DNA of 63,704 bases, the filler included, from Octopus bimaculoides (taxonomy: Eukaryota): assembly GCF_001194135.2 (NCBI RefSeq). It is 7 parts of 7 records of this genome, joined end to end, with 100 filler letters (N's around TTAATTAATTAA, not from the genome) between each part and the next. Parts side by side here need not be neighbours in the genome. Positions count along the whole stretch, not along the records: positions 62,098 to 63,704 come from NC_068983.1; 6 more parts are not named here. One strand, given 5' to 3'. The notes beneath the pieces are model-generated. The model was not told the DNA's origin. It worked only from the letters and a program-made list of their open reading frames with translations, and ran no database searches. Positions 62,491 to 63,704 of this stretch are shown here, in pieces. Each line of letters opens with the position of its first letter. Within the stretch, counting starts at the first letter, position 1. The position numbers and the translations under genes were made by a program.

Positions 62491-63344
62491 ACAAACCTCA
62501 CACAACTACATATGAACAGATTCGACCCTGCTGTACCTATCTCTGTCTAATTGACTAAAATTTCAGTAGTTCTCTCTTTTGGGAGTAATTTTCTTTAATG
62601 CTGATGATTTTTCAATTGATTATTGTTAGTAATTAAGTTGATTAAATATTATTTTCGGCCTATCACATTAAATTTGGTAGTGAGAAAGGGAAGTGAAAAA
62701 GAGTGTTTTCGAAAAAGAAAAAATCGGTTTTGTATTTGGTTCGCAAGATTCTTGATGTGAGCTCATGTTCTGCAACATGGTTACGCACAGGTTCTATTTC
62801 ATTTATTTATATATATATTTGTTATTTGTCAATTGGTCAACTATTTAACCTAGTAATTAATCGATTGTTTGATTAATCAGTCGTTTAATCAAACAATTAG
62901 TTATGTTTTTCTAAGTCTTTTCATCGCTATTCGCGATCTCAGTTCTCAGCGATGACTTTTGCTCATCACCGGAAGTAAAAGTATTCTGATTCTGAGGCTG
63001 TGATGGATCACTTTGCGGCTTTTAAAAGTTACATTGCACGAAGAAAGCGCTAAGTAACAATTTTGAACGAAATATCAGAGTTCCAACTATGAATATAGAC
63101 TGCTTTTTTATCAAAAAATCAAACTTGATGAATAATAACTTTGATTTTTCCAAAGTAAATGCGATTATTTATTTCAGCTTAGCACCGGAAGCGTCTCTTA
63201 TCCTTTTGAATAAATGTAAACAGATACATTCGTCCTATTGTCTTCTCATTCCCCAACATTTCATATGCATATTCTATGTATTGGTATGTTTATCCCTCTC
63301 TCTCTCCTCTCTCTCTCCCTCTCTCTCTCTCTATATATATATGG

Positions 63345-63679
63345 GAGACCCCCTTCGGTCATGACTGACCATGGGATTGCACCTAGAAAGTTACCCTCCG
63401 ATGACGAGTCCGGGCAAGGTTGTTAATGGAAGGCCAGCTGTCGCCTATGCATACCAGCCTCCCCTCTCCACGCCACTGATGTTATCCAAGGGAAAGGCAA
63501 AGGCCGATACAGCTTGGTACCTCTGACATCGCAACTCATTTCTACAGCTGAGTGAACTGGAGCAACGTGAAATAAAGTGTCTTGCTCAAGAACACAACAT
63601 GCAGCCCGGTCCAGGATTCGAACTCACAACCTCACGGTCGTAAGTTCGACGCTCTAACCACTGAACCATGCGCCTTAAC
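63345..63679 (-). mobile_element. tRNA-derived SINE family D (CORE-like body), full length
   Basis: Reverse complement: AAGGCGCATGGTTCAGTGGTTAGAGCG (A box), GTTCGAATCC (B box), GTGTTCTTGAGCAAGACACTTTAT, and tail CTAGGTGCAATCCCATGGTCAGTCATGACCGAAGGGGGTCTC. Confidence 0.9.
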
Positions 63680-63704
63680 ACACACACACACACACACACA
63701 CACA

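Overview
AT-rich, repeat-dense eukaryotic scaffold sequence. About 6.5 kb (~10%) is N, and most gaps are flanked by (TA)n. The SINE families and the extreme (TA)n/(CA)n/(GATA)n/(TAA)n load resemble coleoid cephalopod (octopus-like) DNA; this is inferred from recognition, not from a search. I find no complete protein-coding gene. Almost all long entries in the ORF track are N-runs or microsatellite translations. What the sequence supports: (i) at least 25 tRNA-derived SINE copies of about 4 families; (ii) decayed LINE fragments of several clades (CRE-like RLE, R4/Dong-like RLE, RTE, CR1/Jockey-like) and Penelope-like relics with hammerhead-ribozyme-like cores; (iii) DNA-transposon relics (a DD34E Tc1, a mariner deletion derivative, three TIR elements, a possible Helitron end, a possible Merlin); (iv) one plausible terminal coding exon on the minus strand (21113-21337) plus weaker exon candidates; (v) six artificial N44-TTAATTAATTAA-N44 scaffold linkers. 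I cannot demonstrate a new biological system here. The best leads are a retroelement embedded in (TAA)n on both sides, four hammerhead-like motifs, an 8-bp-TSD MITE carrying (TTAGGG)n, a modular foldback element, and a recurrent SINE tail-to-head junction.
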